This document shows, piece by piece, positions 47,644-60,253 of a stretch of DNA of 64,000 bases; position 1 is the first letter of the stretch; each line of letters opens with the position of its first letter. Below the pieces are notes generated by a model, which saw nothing but the letters and a program-made list of their open reading frames with translations, was not told the DNA's origin and did not search any database. Both the position numbers and the translations under genes were made by a program. Source of the stretch: Candidatus Latescibacterota bacterium (GTDB lineage Bacteria; Latescibacterota; UBA2968; UBA8231); contig OZ241362.1 of the NCBI GenBank assembly GCA_965200315.1, positions 2,368,001 to 2,432,000 of the forward strand, written 5' to 3'.

Positions 47644-49713
47644 TCAGGCCGCTTCTTTGCCCTTATTTTTTTGCGTATTCTCAATGACTTTAACCATGAT
47701 ATCCCCGGGGACTTCCTCGTAGCGGTCGAATCGCTGCGCATGGAATCCCTTACCCTGCGTCATGGAGCGCAGCAACGTGGCATAACGGTCTATTTCGGCT
47801 AAGGGGGCCTCGGCGTGGATGACCTGGAAATGGCCGGCCGCGGCCATGCCGCTGATCCGACCTCGCCGCCCCGAGAGGTCGCCCATTACGTCACCCATAA
47901 ATTCCTCGGGCACCGTAATTTCCAACTGATAAATAGGCTCTAGCAGGATCGGCTTGGCCTTGAGGAAGGCATCCTTGAAGGCGTGGGAGCTGGCCAATTT
48001 AAAAGAAACTTCATCCGAATCTACCGGGTGGTGCTTACCGTCGTACACGGTAGCCGCCACATCAATGACTTGGTAGCCGGCCACTGGCCCCTCGCTCAGC
48101 GTCTCGACAATGCCCTTTTCCACCGCGGGGATAAAGTTGCTCGGGATATTGCCGCCGACGACCTCATTGAGAAACTCAAAACCTTTACCGCGCCCTTTGG
48201 GGGCAATGCGCAGAGACACCTCGCCAAACTGCCCTCTTCCGCCCGACTGCTTCTTGTGCCGATATTGCGCATCGGCGTTGCCGCGGATCGTTTCTCGATA
48301 GGGAATCCGTGGCACCTCCATATCAATCTCCACGCCAAATCGCTCTTTCAGGCGGCTAACGATAATTTCCAGATGCAACTCCCCTTGGGTGAGCAGGATC
48401 GTTTGGCGGACCTCACCGTCGTATTTCATAATGAAGCTCGGATCTTCCTCGTGCAATTGGGAAAGTCCGGTAGCGACACGATCCTCGCCCCCCTGCTCCT
48501 TGGCGTGAATAGCCACGCGAATTAGCGGCTCCGGGAATGCAATGCCCGGAAGTTGCAGCGACGCGCCCTTGGCGCAAAAGGTATCGGTCGTATGGGTGCT
48601 TTTGAGCTTGACTAAGGCGACTATATCGCCAGCTTCGGCGCTTGCGATTTCGGTCCGCTTGTTGCCGTTGAGGTGATAGATCTGGCCAATGCGCTCGGTG
48701 GCGCGCTTGCTTGAGTTGGCCACTTCGTCGCCGGGCTTGATCGCTCCAGAGAAAAGGCGCAGCAGAGAAAGCTCTCCTACGTGCTGCTCGGCCAAGGTCT
48801 TGAACACTAAAGCAGCCAAGGGCGCAGTAGCGGTCCCTTCAAGCTCAACCTCCTGTCCCTCGCCATCCTCGAATCTGAGTCCTGCCGCTTCGGCTGGCGA
48901 CGGCCCGTATTGCACCAAGGCGTCCAGCAGCCGATCAATGCCGACATTGTTGTAGGAATCCCCAAAAAAGACCGGAAAAATTTCTAGCTGTAACACAGCT
49001 CGGCGCAGACCAGCAACCATATCCTCTGTGGTCAATTCGCCCTCGCTGAAATACTTCTCCATCAGTTCTTCGTCGGTCTCAGCAATGGCTTCTACCAGTT
49101 GCTCACGCAACTCTTCAGCGCGGCTCTGGACCTCGTCAGGTATGTCTCCTTCTGTGGCTTTACCATCTTGGTACGCATAGGCTCTCATCGCAACCAGATC
49201 GACAATATGGTTGAATCCCTCGCCGGGATTTACCGCCATTTGCAAAGGCACGACTTGGCGTCCGAAACGCTCTTGAAGCATTTCTAAGACCTGGTCGGCG
49301 TCTGCATCAGCGCGATCCATCTTGTTGATGAATAGTACCCGGGGCAAATTGTAATCGGCAGCGAAATTCCAAGTCCGCTCAGTGCCGATCTCTATCCCGG
49401 TAACCGAATCAACGACAGCGACCATTGCGTCGGACACGCGTAGCGCCGCCTTGGCCTCGGAGATAAAATCTGCATAGCCCGGCGTATCAATTATATTGAG
49501 GTGATGATCCTGCCATTGGCCATTCAGCAGAGAGACCTTGAGCGAAATCTGACGCTCGATCTCGGCCGAATCGCAATCCGATGTCGTCGTCCCGTCATCA
49601 ATGCGTCCCAAGCGATTTACGACGTCCATGTTGAATAACATGGCCTCAGACAGCACTGTTTTACCTGCGCCGCTATGGCCACACAGAGAGAAATTCCTCG
49701 TTTGTTCGCTCAA
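47644..49713 (-). CDS. Elongation factor G paralog (EF-G2-like)
   Basis: GHSGAGKT, DTPGYADF, NKMD, HKKQSGGRGQFG, LLEPI; effector RQISL instead of RGITI; not next to rpsL/rpsG/tuf. Confidence 0.9.
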   Translation of the reverse strand: MSEQTRNFSLCGHSGAGKTVLSEAMLFNMDVVNRLGRIDDGTTTSDCDSAEIERQISLKVSLLNGQWQDHHLNIIDTPGYADFISEAKAALRVSDAMVAVVDSVTGIEIGTERTWNFAADYNLPRVLFINKMDRADADADQVLEMLQERFGRQVVPLQMAVNPGEGFNHIVDLVAMRAYAYQDGKATEGDIPDEVQSRAEELREQLVEAIAETDEELMEKYFSEGELTTEDMVAGLRRAVLQLEIFPVFFGDSYNNVGIDRLLDALVQYGPSPAEAAGLRFEDGEGQEVELEGTATAPLAALVFKTLAEQHVGELSLLRLFSGAIKPGDEVANSSKRATERIGQIYHLNGNKRTEIASAEAGDIVALVKLKSTHTTDTFCAKGASLQLPGIAFPEPLIRVAIHAKEQGGEDRVATGLSQLHEEDPSFIMKYDGEVRQTILLTQGELHLEIIVSRLKERFGVEIDMEVPRIPYRETIRGNADAQYRHKKQSGGRGQFGEVSLRIAPKGRGKGFEFLNEVVGGNIPSNFIPAVEKGIVETLSEGPVAGYQVIDVAATVYDGKHHPVDSDEVSFKLASSHAFKDAFLKAKPILLEPIYQLEITVPEEFMGDVMGDLSGRRGRISGMAAAGHFQVIHAEAPLAEIDRYATLLRSMTQGKGFHAQRFDRYEEVPGDIMVKVIENTQKNKGKEAA

Positions 49714-49791
49714 TTTGACTCCTCCTGAATTAAGAGAAGTGCTTAATTAATTGGCCTATCTTAGCGTTGTCAAGGTATTTTCCACACACAC

Positions 49792-49824
49792 AAAAAAAGC
49801 CCACCCCCAAAGGGATGGGCTTTT
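49792..49824 (-). terminator. rRNA operon terminator
   Basis: AAAAGCCCA/TGGGCTTTT hairpin with T7 tract immediately after 5S. Confidence 0.8.
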
Positions 49825-49829
49825 AAAAA

Positions 49830-49947
49830 ATCCGGCAGCTTCCTACTCTCCCACTAGGCGACCCCAGCAGTACCATCGGCGCAAGAGGGCTTAACGGCTC
49901 TGTTCGGAATGGGAAGAGGTGTTGCCCCTCCGCTATGACCACCGGAA
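49830..49947 (-). rRNA. rrf: 5S rRNA
   Basis: CCCATTCCGAACAG...GTTAAGC, GATGGTACTG, GAGAGTAGG conserved blocks. Confidence 0.95.
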
Positions 49948-50026
49948 AACTCAAATTCTCTTCAACAACCGAATACAGGCCCACACCAAAAGCAACGCAA
50001 AACTCCAGTATTGCTGCGACAATAAA

Positions 50027-53051
<3,025 letters not shown>

Positions 53052-53169
53052 AAAATCACTGCCACAACACTACTAGAGGTAATGCATCACGGTGTCTCGA
53101 GCAGTAAGCACATAGCGTACTTCCACTCGGTAAACCTTGATTATTAATTGGTATGAACCTGTATTCGAT

Positions 53170-53181
53170 TGTCAAAGAGCA
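53170..53181 (-). promoter_or_regulatory. Spacer boxA antitermination site
   Basis: TGCTCTTTGACA; adjacent sequence pairs with 49968-49990 (23S processing stem). Confidence 0.75.
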
Positions 53182-53190
53182 AAAGCCTGA

Positions 53191-53267
<77 letters not shown>

Positions 53268-53356
53268 GAAAATCGAATAACGCACATGAGAGCAGGTCAA
53301 AGAGTAAAAACATTGACCTAGGCAGATAATGTCGGGAGTCTAAACTCCCAATAATC

Positions 53357-54920
<1,564 letters not shown>

Positions 54921-54990
54921 AAAAATTTGATATACTACTTTTTGCAAATCCAAGCTCTTCGACGCTGGACCCTCATGTACGTTATTCGAT

Positions 54991-55002
54991 TTTCAAAGAT
55001 CA
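54991..55002 (-). promoter_or_regulatory. Leader boxA-like site
   Basis: TGATCTTTGAAA; 54972-54993 is complementary to 53269-53290 (16S processing stem). Confidence 0.6.
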
Positions 55003-55039
55003 ATAATCGCTCAGGTATCGAGCGTAACCGTAACATTGT

Positions 55040-55068
55040 AAAATAAGCTTCGACTCCCGCTCTGTCAA
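55040..55068 (-). promoter_or_regulatory. rRNA operon promoter
   Basis: TTGACA-17 nt-TATTTT. Confidence 0.65.
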
Positions 55069-55129
55069 GAGGAGAGAACAAAATAGCGGTCCCAAAGAAA
55101 AGACAGAAACCGACACAACGCTTCCAATA

Positions 55130-56368
55130 TCAACCCCAGCTAGCAGCCCCCTTCAATTCGCCCTGCCTTTCCGGGGCAATGCGCTCAAAGTAGCCGCTGT
55201 GGCGATAGGCACCCAAGGGATCGGCTTCGGCCCCCAGTTCCTGGCGCACTATCGCCAGCAAGGAGCGCACATCCGTGTCATAGGCATTGCGCAAAATTTC
55301 TTCGCATACCACTACGTCGTCCTCCACCTGCGCCTCAGCTAGTGCCGTGCGGTCAACCAGCAATGCACGGGCATAAGCCGTCTGGATATTGAGCACAGAC
55401 TGGATCATCGCCTCGACTTTGGGCTTGATAATATGGCTTTGGTCGATCATGTAGGCGATATTAGCCGCTGCGGCACCGCGCTGCTCAGCGTTGAGGATCT
55501 CGTGGTAAATCAGAAAAACCTCGTAGAGGTTGACCGATCCGGTGGTCACATCATCATCGGCGTATTTGCGGTTGTTGAAGTGAAAACCACCCATCCGCCT
55601 CTCGTCGAGGAGCAAGGCCACGATGTGCTCAATGTTGGTGGAAAGAGGATGGTGCCCTAGATCAACCAGCACTTCGGCCTTGGGCCCGGCTTTAACGGCG
55701 AAATTTAGTGCCATACCCCAGTCGGCAATGTCCGTATGGTAAAACGCCGGCTCAAAGAATTTGTATTCAATGAGCATCCGCGCTCCTTCGGGAAGCATGG
55801 CGTGGGTCTCGCTCAGACATTCTTCAAAGCGCCGCTTGCGTGCAATGATATCGTCTTGGCCCGGGTAGTTTGTACCGTCGGCAAACCAAAGGCTCAGCAC
55901 TGTGGACCCGGTCTGCTGCATGATATCCACGCATTCGTGCATGCGATCGAGCGCCTTACGACGCACGGCCAAGTCCCGGTGGCCGAAACTGCCCAATTTG
56001 TATTCAGGCTCTTGGAAGACATTGGGATTGATTGCCCCGATACATACACCCAATTCCGTCGCTTCCTGCCGCAAGGCGTCGTAGTCATCCACTTTATCCC
56101 ACGGGATGTGCAAAGCCACGCCGGGACAGACACCCGTCACCTTGTGTACTTGGGCCGCATCGGAAAGCCGCTCGTGGACGTCGCGAGCGGCACCGGGCTG
56201 TTTGAAAACGCCAAAGCGCGTCCCCGAATTGCCATATCCCCAAGAGGGCGTCTCGATCTCTTGGGCTTTGAGCTTGGATTTGACTTCTTCGACTTCGATA
56301 CCTTGGCCTGAGAGCATTTCGGCTAAAGCTGCAAATTGGTCCTCTATATTGTGCTGTGGAATTCCCAT
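55130..56368 (-). CDS. L-rhamnose isomerase-like sugar isomerase (RhaI type)
   Basis: IETPSWGYGNSGTRF, LHIPWD, LWFADGTNYPGQ, EYKFFEP, DLGHH, GFHFN..YADDD, MIDQSH. Confidence 0.9.
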   Translation of the reverse strand: MGIPQHNIEDQFAALAEMLSGQGIEVEEVKSKLKAQEIETPSWGYGNSGTRFGVFKQPGAARDVHERLSDAAQVHKVTGVCPGVALHIPWDKVDDYDALRQEATELGVCIGAINPNVFQEPEYKLGSFGHRDLAVRRKALDRMHECVDIMQQTGSTVLSLWFADGTNYPGQDDIIARKRRFEECLSETHAMLPEGARMLIEYKFFEPAFYHTDIADWGMALNFAVKAGPKAEVLVDLGHHPLSTNIEHIVALLLDERRMGGFHFNNRKYADDDVTTGSVNLYEVFLIYHEILNAEQRGAAAANIAYMIDQSHIIKPKVEAMIQSVLNIQTAYARALLVDRTALAEAQVEDDVVVCEEILRNAYDTDVRSLLAIVRQELGAEADPLGAYRHSGYFERIAPERQGELKGAASWG

Positions 56369-56463
56369 TCTGCCTCTCCTTCAATTATTGGGCTTAGTAG
56401 GTCAAGCCGGTACATCGGGACGGTAGTTACACGCAACCGCTGCGGCCTGCTCCCGTACTCCCC

Positions 56464-57426
56464 TTAGGCGTTCTGCAGAACTTGTAGCTGGAGTTCGAGG
56501 TTGCGCAACCCAACTTCGCCGGATACGAGCGGCGTTATTTGGGGCTGAATTGTCGCCTCAGCAAACTGGGCGATGAGCAGCGACATAAAATCATCGCCGA
56601 TTAGTTCTGATTCACCGGTGCTGAGCACCGAACAATAAGTCCCGTCGGGCGCAGACCGCCCCGTGCAATCGACCAAAAAGCCATTAACGCCGAACCGCCG
56701 CAGGGGTTGGCCTGCGTGTAGATCGCGGACGATGATTTCGCAGCGACAACTTCCCGCCGAGTCGGCAAAACTGAAACAGGACCGCACTTCCCCGCTCCCG
56801 GACACCACTCGTAGCAACTCAGGCTCAATAGTCCCGTCGGGCATCCAAGCCAAGAGCATGCTCAAAGGATGAGGTGCCATATCGATCCACACCTCTGCGG
56901 CGCTGCGGCGACGTCCCCGCGCCAAAGTCTCCATTTCCGCGTAAAAGGATTCTACGGTTGTGAGCGAACCACGGGCCTCCTCGTATAGCCGCTGGTAGTT
57001 GGGCTGCGCGGCAGCGTATTGAGTACAGACGCCCAAGTGCAGATTGGTTTGCCTCGCCAAATCAACCAAGGCCCGCGCCTGCATCTGTGTCTGCTCCGGC
57101 CCATCCGAATGCCAGACTAAAGGCTTTTCACAGAGTACGTGACAACCCCGTTCAAGAGCGCATTTGACGCAGGCGAAATGGGCCTCATTCGGCAGACAGA
57201 CATCAACCACATCGGGGGCTTCTTCGCTCAGTAGCTGGTCCAAGTCCCAATAGCCTTGGCCCGAAAAAGGAAAAATATCGCGTAGAACGCGCTCTGTGGC
57301 AGCGACACTTTCCCGATTGCGGCCCAAAAAGCCAACGACTTGCGCACCGGCGAGGTGGAACCACTTGGCGTGATGCTTGCCAATGCCGCTGGCGCCGGCG
57401 ATGGCAACGCGCAGGGGCTTTTCCAT
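56464..57426 (-). CDS. Gfo/Idh/MocA family oxidoreductase
   Basis: RVAIAGASGIG Rossmann, HVLCEKP, D...H. Confidence 0.88.
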   Translation of the reverse strand: MEKPLRVAIAGASGIGKHHAKWFHLAGAQVVGFLGRNRESVAATERVLRDIFPFSGQGYWDLDQLLSEEAPDVVDVCLPNEAHFACVKCALERGCHVLCEKPLVWHSDGPEQTQMQARALVDLARQTNLHLGVCTQYAAAQPNYQRLYEEARGSLTTVESFYAEMETLARGRRRSAAEVWIDMAPHPLSMLLAWMPDGTIEPELLRVVSGSGEVRSCFSFADSAGSCRCEIIVRDLHAGQPLRRFGVNGFLVDCTGRSAPDGTYCSVLSTGESELIGDDFMSLLIAQFAEATIQPQITPLVSGEVGLRNLELQLQVLQNA

Positions 57427-57440
57427 TTTTCCTCTAATAC

Positions 57441-57471
57441 AAAAAGAGCCGACAGCCCATCTGTCGGCTCT
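57441..57471 (-). terminator. Intrinsic terminator after small basic ORF
   Basis: Perfect 11-bp stem AGAGCCGACAG/CTGTCGGCTCT, 5-nt loop, T tract. Confidence 0.75.
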
Positions 57472-57501
57472 CCTAAGGCTAATGGCCTCTAGATTTAACT
57501 A

Positions 57502-57618
57502 TCACTTTTTTCGCGGCGACATCTTGGCCTCCTGAGCGCGTTGCTTCAAGCGCTTTTTGCGCCGCTGCCGCCGACTCCTCAATTCCTTATCCCTCATTCT
57601 GCCTTTACTCGAACCCAT
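57502..57618 (-). CDS. Small highly basic protein, 38 aa (MGSSKGRMRDKELRSRRQRRKKRLKQRAQEAKMSPRKK)
   Basis: AGGAGG RBS 8 nt before ATG; downstream terminator; below the ORF-track length cutoff. Confidence 0.7.
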   Translation of the reverse strand: MGSSKGRMRDKELRSRRQRRKKRLKQRAQEAKMSPRKK

Positions 57619-57680
57619 CTGTATATCCTCCTAAGAATAAGAAGCGGTTGCCGGCAATATATCTGGCGGCCCCACCGGGG

Positions 57681-58604
57681 TCAAGCGAGGATCATCCGCA
57701 AAAGGGCCATGCGCACGTAAAGTCCGTTATGGGCTTGGCGAAAATAGGCCGCCCGCGGGTCTGCGTCCACTTCCGGGTCAATCTCATCGACGCGCGGCAG
57801 CGGGTGCATGACAACAGCGTGTTCCTGCATACAGTCCATCACCGAGCGATCGACAATGTACTTGCCCTGTGCTTGCTTGTATTCTCCAGTGCGGCCGCCA
57901 AAGCGCTCTTTTTGGATGCGCGTCTGATAGACCACATCGGCCTGCCTCGCCACCTCATGTAGGTCGTCCACCTCCTCAAAAAGGACTTGGTGCCGCTGCA
58001 AATACTCCTTTATGTCGTCCTTCATCCGCACCGTCTCAGGCGCGACGAAGTACATCTCGACGCCCTCGTATTTGGCCAACAGATAGCACAGCGAACGCAC
58101 CGTCCGTCCATTGGCCAGATCTCCCACCAAAGCAACTGTAATTTTTTCGAGGCGGCCAATCTCGCGCTGGATAGTAAAAAGATCCAACAGAGCTTGGGTC
58201 GGGTGCTGCCCAGCCCCGTCGCCGGCGTTGATTACCGGGATGCCAGCGACAGCAGCAGCTCGGTTGCTAGCCCCGCTTTCGTAGTGGCGCAACACGATCA
58301 CATCCGAGTACCCGGCGACGACGCGAATAGTGTCCTCGAGAGTCTCCCCTTTGGCGGCCGAAGAAAATTCCTGTGCGCTCTCGGTCGTAATGACGGCCCC
58401 GCCCAACCGCGTCATCGCCGACTCAAAAGACAGCCGCGTACGCGTACTAGGCTCGTAGAACAGCGTCGCCATGACCCGGCGGTTGAGGATATTGGATCCG
58501 TAGTGCTGAACTACTTGCTCCATCTCTTGAGCTGTGGAGAAAATGGCCTCTATCGAGTCTAGGTCGAATTGCTGCGCTTCGAGGACGTGATAAAGGCGAT
58601 CCAT
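57681..58604 (-). CDS. pyrB: Aspartate carbamoyltransferase catalytic subunit
   Basis: FYEPSTRT, KGETLED, NAGDG..QHPTQ, TRIQKER, MHPLPR. Confidence 0.97.
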   Translation of the reverse strand: MDRLYHVLEAQQFDLDSIEAIFSTAQEMEQVVQHYGSNILNRRVMATLFYEPSTRTRLSFESAMTRLGGAVITTESAQEFSSAAKGETLEDTIRVVAGYSDVIVLRHYESGASNRAAAVAGIPVINAGDGAGQHPTQALLDLFTIQREIGRLEKITVALVGDLANGRTVRSLCYLLAKYEGVEMYFVAPETVRMKDDIKEYLQRHQVLFEEVDDLHEVARQADVVYQTRIQKERFGGRTGEYKQAQGKYIVDRSVMDCMQEHAVVMHPLPRVDEIDPEVDADPRAAYFRQAHNGLYVRMALLRMILA

Positions 58605-58614
58605 TAGGTGCTCC

Positions 58615-59052
58615 TCAACGGCCTTCCCGCTCCCCCAATACCGCCATAATCTCCGCCTCTGCGGCCACTTCCTCCCCCACCATTGCTCGCCCCTGCAACT
58701 TACAGGACGCGCCCCGCTTCCTGAGCACTTTTAGCTCTAGCCGCAATTGATCCCCTGGCACAACCGGGCGGCGAAATTTGCAGCGATCAATCCCAGCGAA
58801 AAAGGGCACCTTGGATTCGGGGTTCTCCACGCCGCTCAGCATCATTGCGCACCCCGCTTGTGCCAATCCCTCGACGATCAGCACCCCAGGCATGACCGGA
58901 TAACCGGGAAAATGACCTTGAAAAAACGATTCGTTGGCCGTCACGTTCTTCAAAGCCACGACGCGTTCCCCAGGTTCCAATTCGAGGATGCGGTCGATGA
59001 GCAACAGCGGATAGCGGTGCGGCAACAGGTCGAGAATTTCCGTTAAATTCAC
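58615..59052 (-). CDS. fabZ: 3-hydroxyacyl-ACP dehydratase
   Basis: LPHRYP, FFQGHFP..PVMPGVLIVE, FRRPVVPGD. Confidence 0.96.
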   Translation of the reverse strand: MNLTEILDLLPHRYPLLLIDRILELEPGERVVALKNVTANESFFQGHFPGYPVMPGVLIVEGLAQAGCAMMLSGVENPESKVPFFAGIDRCKFRRPVVPGDQLRLELKVLRKRGASCKLQGRAMVGEEVAAEAEIMAVLGEREGR

Positions 59053-59585
59053 TCCAGCTCCTCTTCTTTTTCTTTTTCCATCAGTTCTAGCAGATGCTCG
59101 GTTAGATCGTACTCTTCCTTGGCAAAAACCAACCCACTCGAAGGTGCGGCAGCGTCGAAAATGAAGTCATAGCCCTTTTCCTCGGCCATGCCCTGAATGG
59201 CATCGTTGATCTTTTTGAAGATCGGCTCGGACAGCTCGATATTCTTGCGCACCAGCTCGCCTTCGGGGCCGAACTTCTCTTGGGCAAATTGCCGGAGTTG
59301 CTGCTGTTTGGTCTCGAACTCAGCCTGTAGTTCCGCCTTTTTCGCTTCGCTCAACAGCAACTCCTGCCGCCGAAAATCCTCTTGCAGCTTAAACAGCTTG
59401 GCCTCGCGGTCCTTAGCTTGGTTTTCGTAGTCCTGAGTTAGCTGGTCCAACGTGCGCTGCGCATCCCGGAATTCGGGAAGGCGCTCTTTGAGTACTTCCG
59501 AATCAATGTAGCCTATTTTCAACTGAGCCGAGGCACTAGTGGCGCAACAGGCCACGACGAGGGCAAACAATAGGGCGCGTTTCAT
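59049..59585 (-). CDS. skp: OmpH/Skp periplasmic chaperone
   Basis: Signal peptide, KIGYID, coiled coil, GYDFIFD, YDLT. Confidence 0.92.
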   Translation of the reverse strand: MKRALLFALVVACCATSASAQLKIGYIDSEVLKERLPEFRDAQRTLDQLTQDYENQAKDREAKLFKLQEDFRRQELLLSEAKKAELQAEFETKQQQLRQFAQEKFGPEGELVRKNIELSEPIFKKINDAIQGMAEEKGYDFIFDAAAPSSGLVFAKEEYDLTEHLLELMEKEKEEELE

Positions 59586-59681
59586 ACGTACTCCTCTTTA
59601 TGGACGAAAATCAATGGGATTGAAGTTGCGTTCATTTTTTAATTCAACTGCGCTACTCTCGCTGCAACGGGTGTCAGACGA

Positions 59682-60087
59682 CTATTTGATCTGCATCTTG
59701 ATCTTGGATCGCTTGCTCCGCGACAAGGAGATACCACCGAAGCCACTGATAACGGCAATGTAAAACCCAACATCGTACCACCAGCCTGTGTTTTGCGGTT
59801 CATAGAGGCGGATGTCCAAGTTAAACAAGCCCCAGATGAGCGATATGGGAGCGATCCAACCGTGCCAGATTCCCCAGAAAAACCCGGCGGGATTCGCTTC
59901 AGTGTGTTTTCCATCGCCATTTTGCGCAATGCCTATGACACGGATGTGCGCTCCTTGCTGGCGATAGTGCGCCAGGAACTGGGGGCCGAAGCCGATCCCT
60001 TGGGTAGCCTATCGCCACAGCAGGAACACACCCGGCAAGCGAAATCAGAACGATCAAGACAAGTATGCAGATCAACTGTTTGGCCAT
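59682..60087 (-). pseudogene. Small membrane lipoprotein gene frameshifted by a 103-bp insertion
   Basis: Removing 59919-60021 restores a 100-aa ORF: MAKQLICILVLIVLISLAGCVP|GDGKHTEANPAGFFWGIWHGWIAPISLIWGLFN...YEPQNTGWWYDVGFY... Confidence 0.85.
59919..60021 (+). repeat. Inverted copy of 55196-55297 (3' part of the isomerase gene)
   Basis: Identical to the reverse complement of 55196-55297 apart from one extra A at 60006. Confidence 0.93.
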
Positions 60088-60194
60088 GGAAAATCCTGCG
60101 TCGATCCGTTTTTGTATAATCCGCTGCTTTCTCTCGCTCCAAGTAAATCGTATAAGATACGACTTGGCAGAATTTTGTGAAACAGTGGACATAA

Positions 60195-60229
60195 GAAGGC
60201 CCAAGATGCCAGACGACATCTTGGGCTTC
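60195..60229 (-). terminator. Hairpin after bamA (possible terminator)
   Basis: GCCCAAGATG/CATCTTGGGC 10-bp stem; weak U tract. Confidence 0.5.
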
Positions 60230-60253
60230 GTCTTGTGCCCCTGAGATCAGAGC

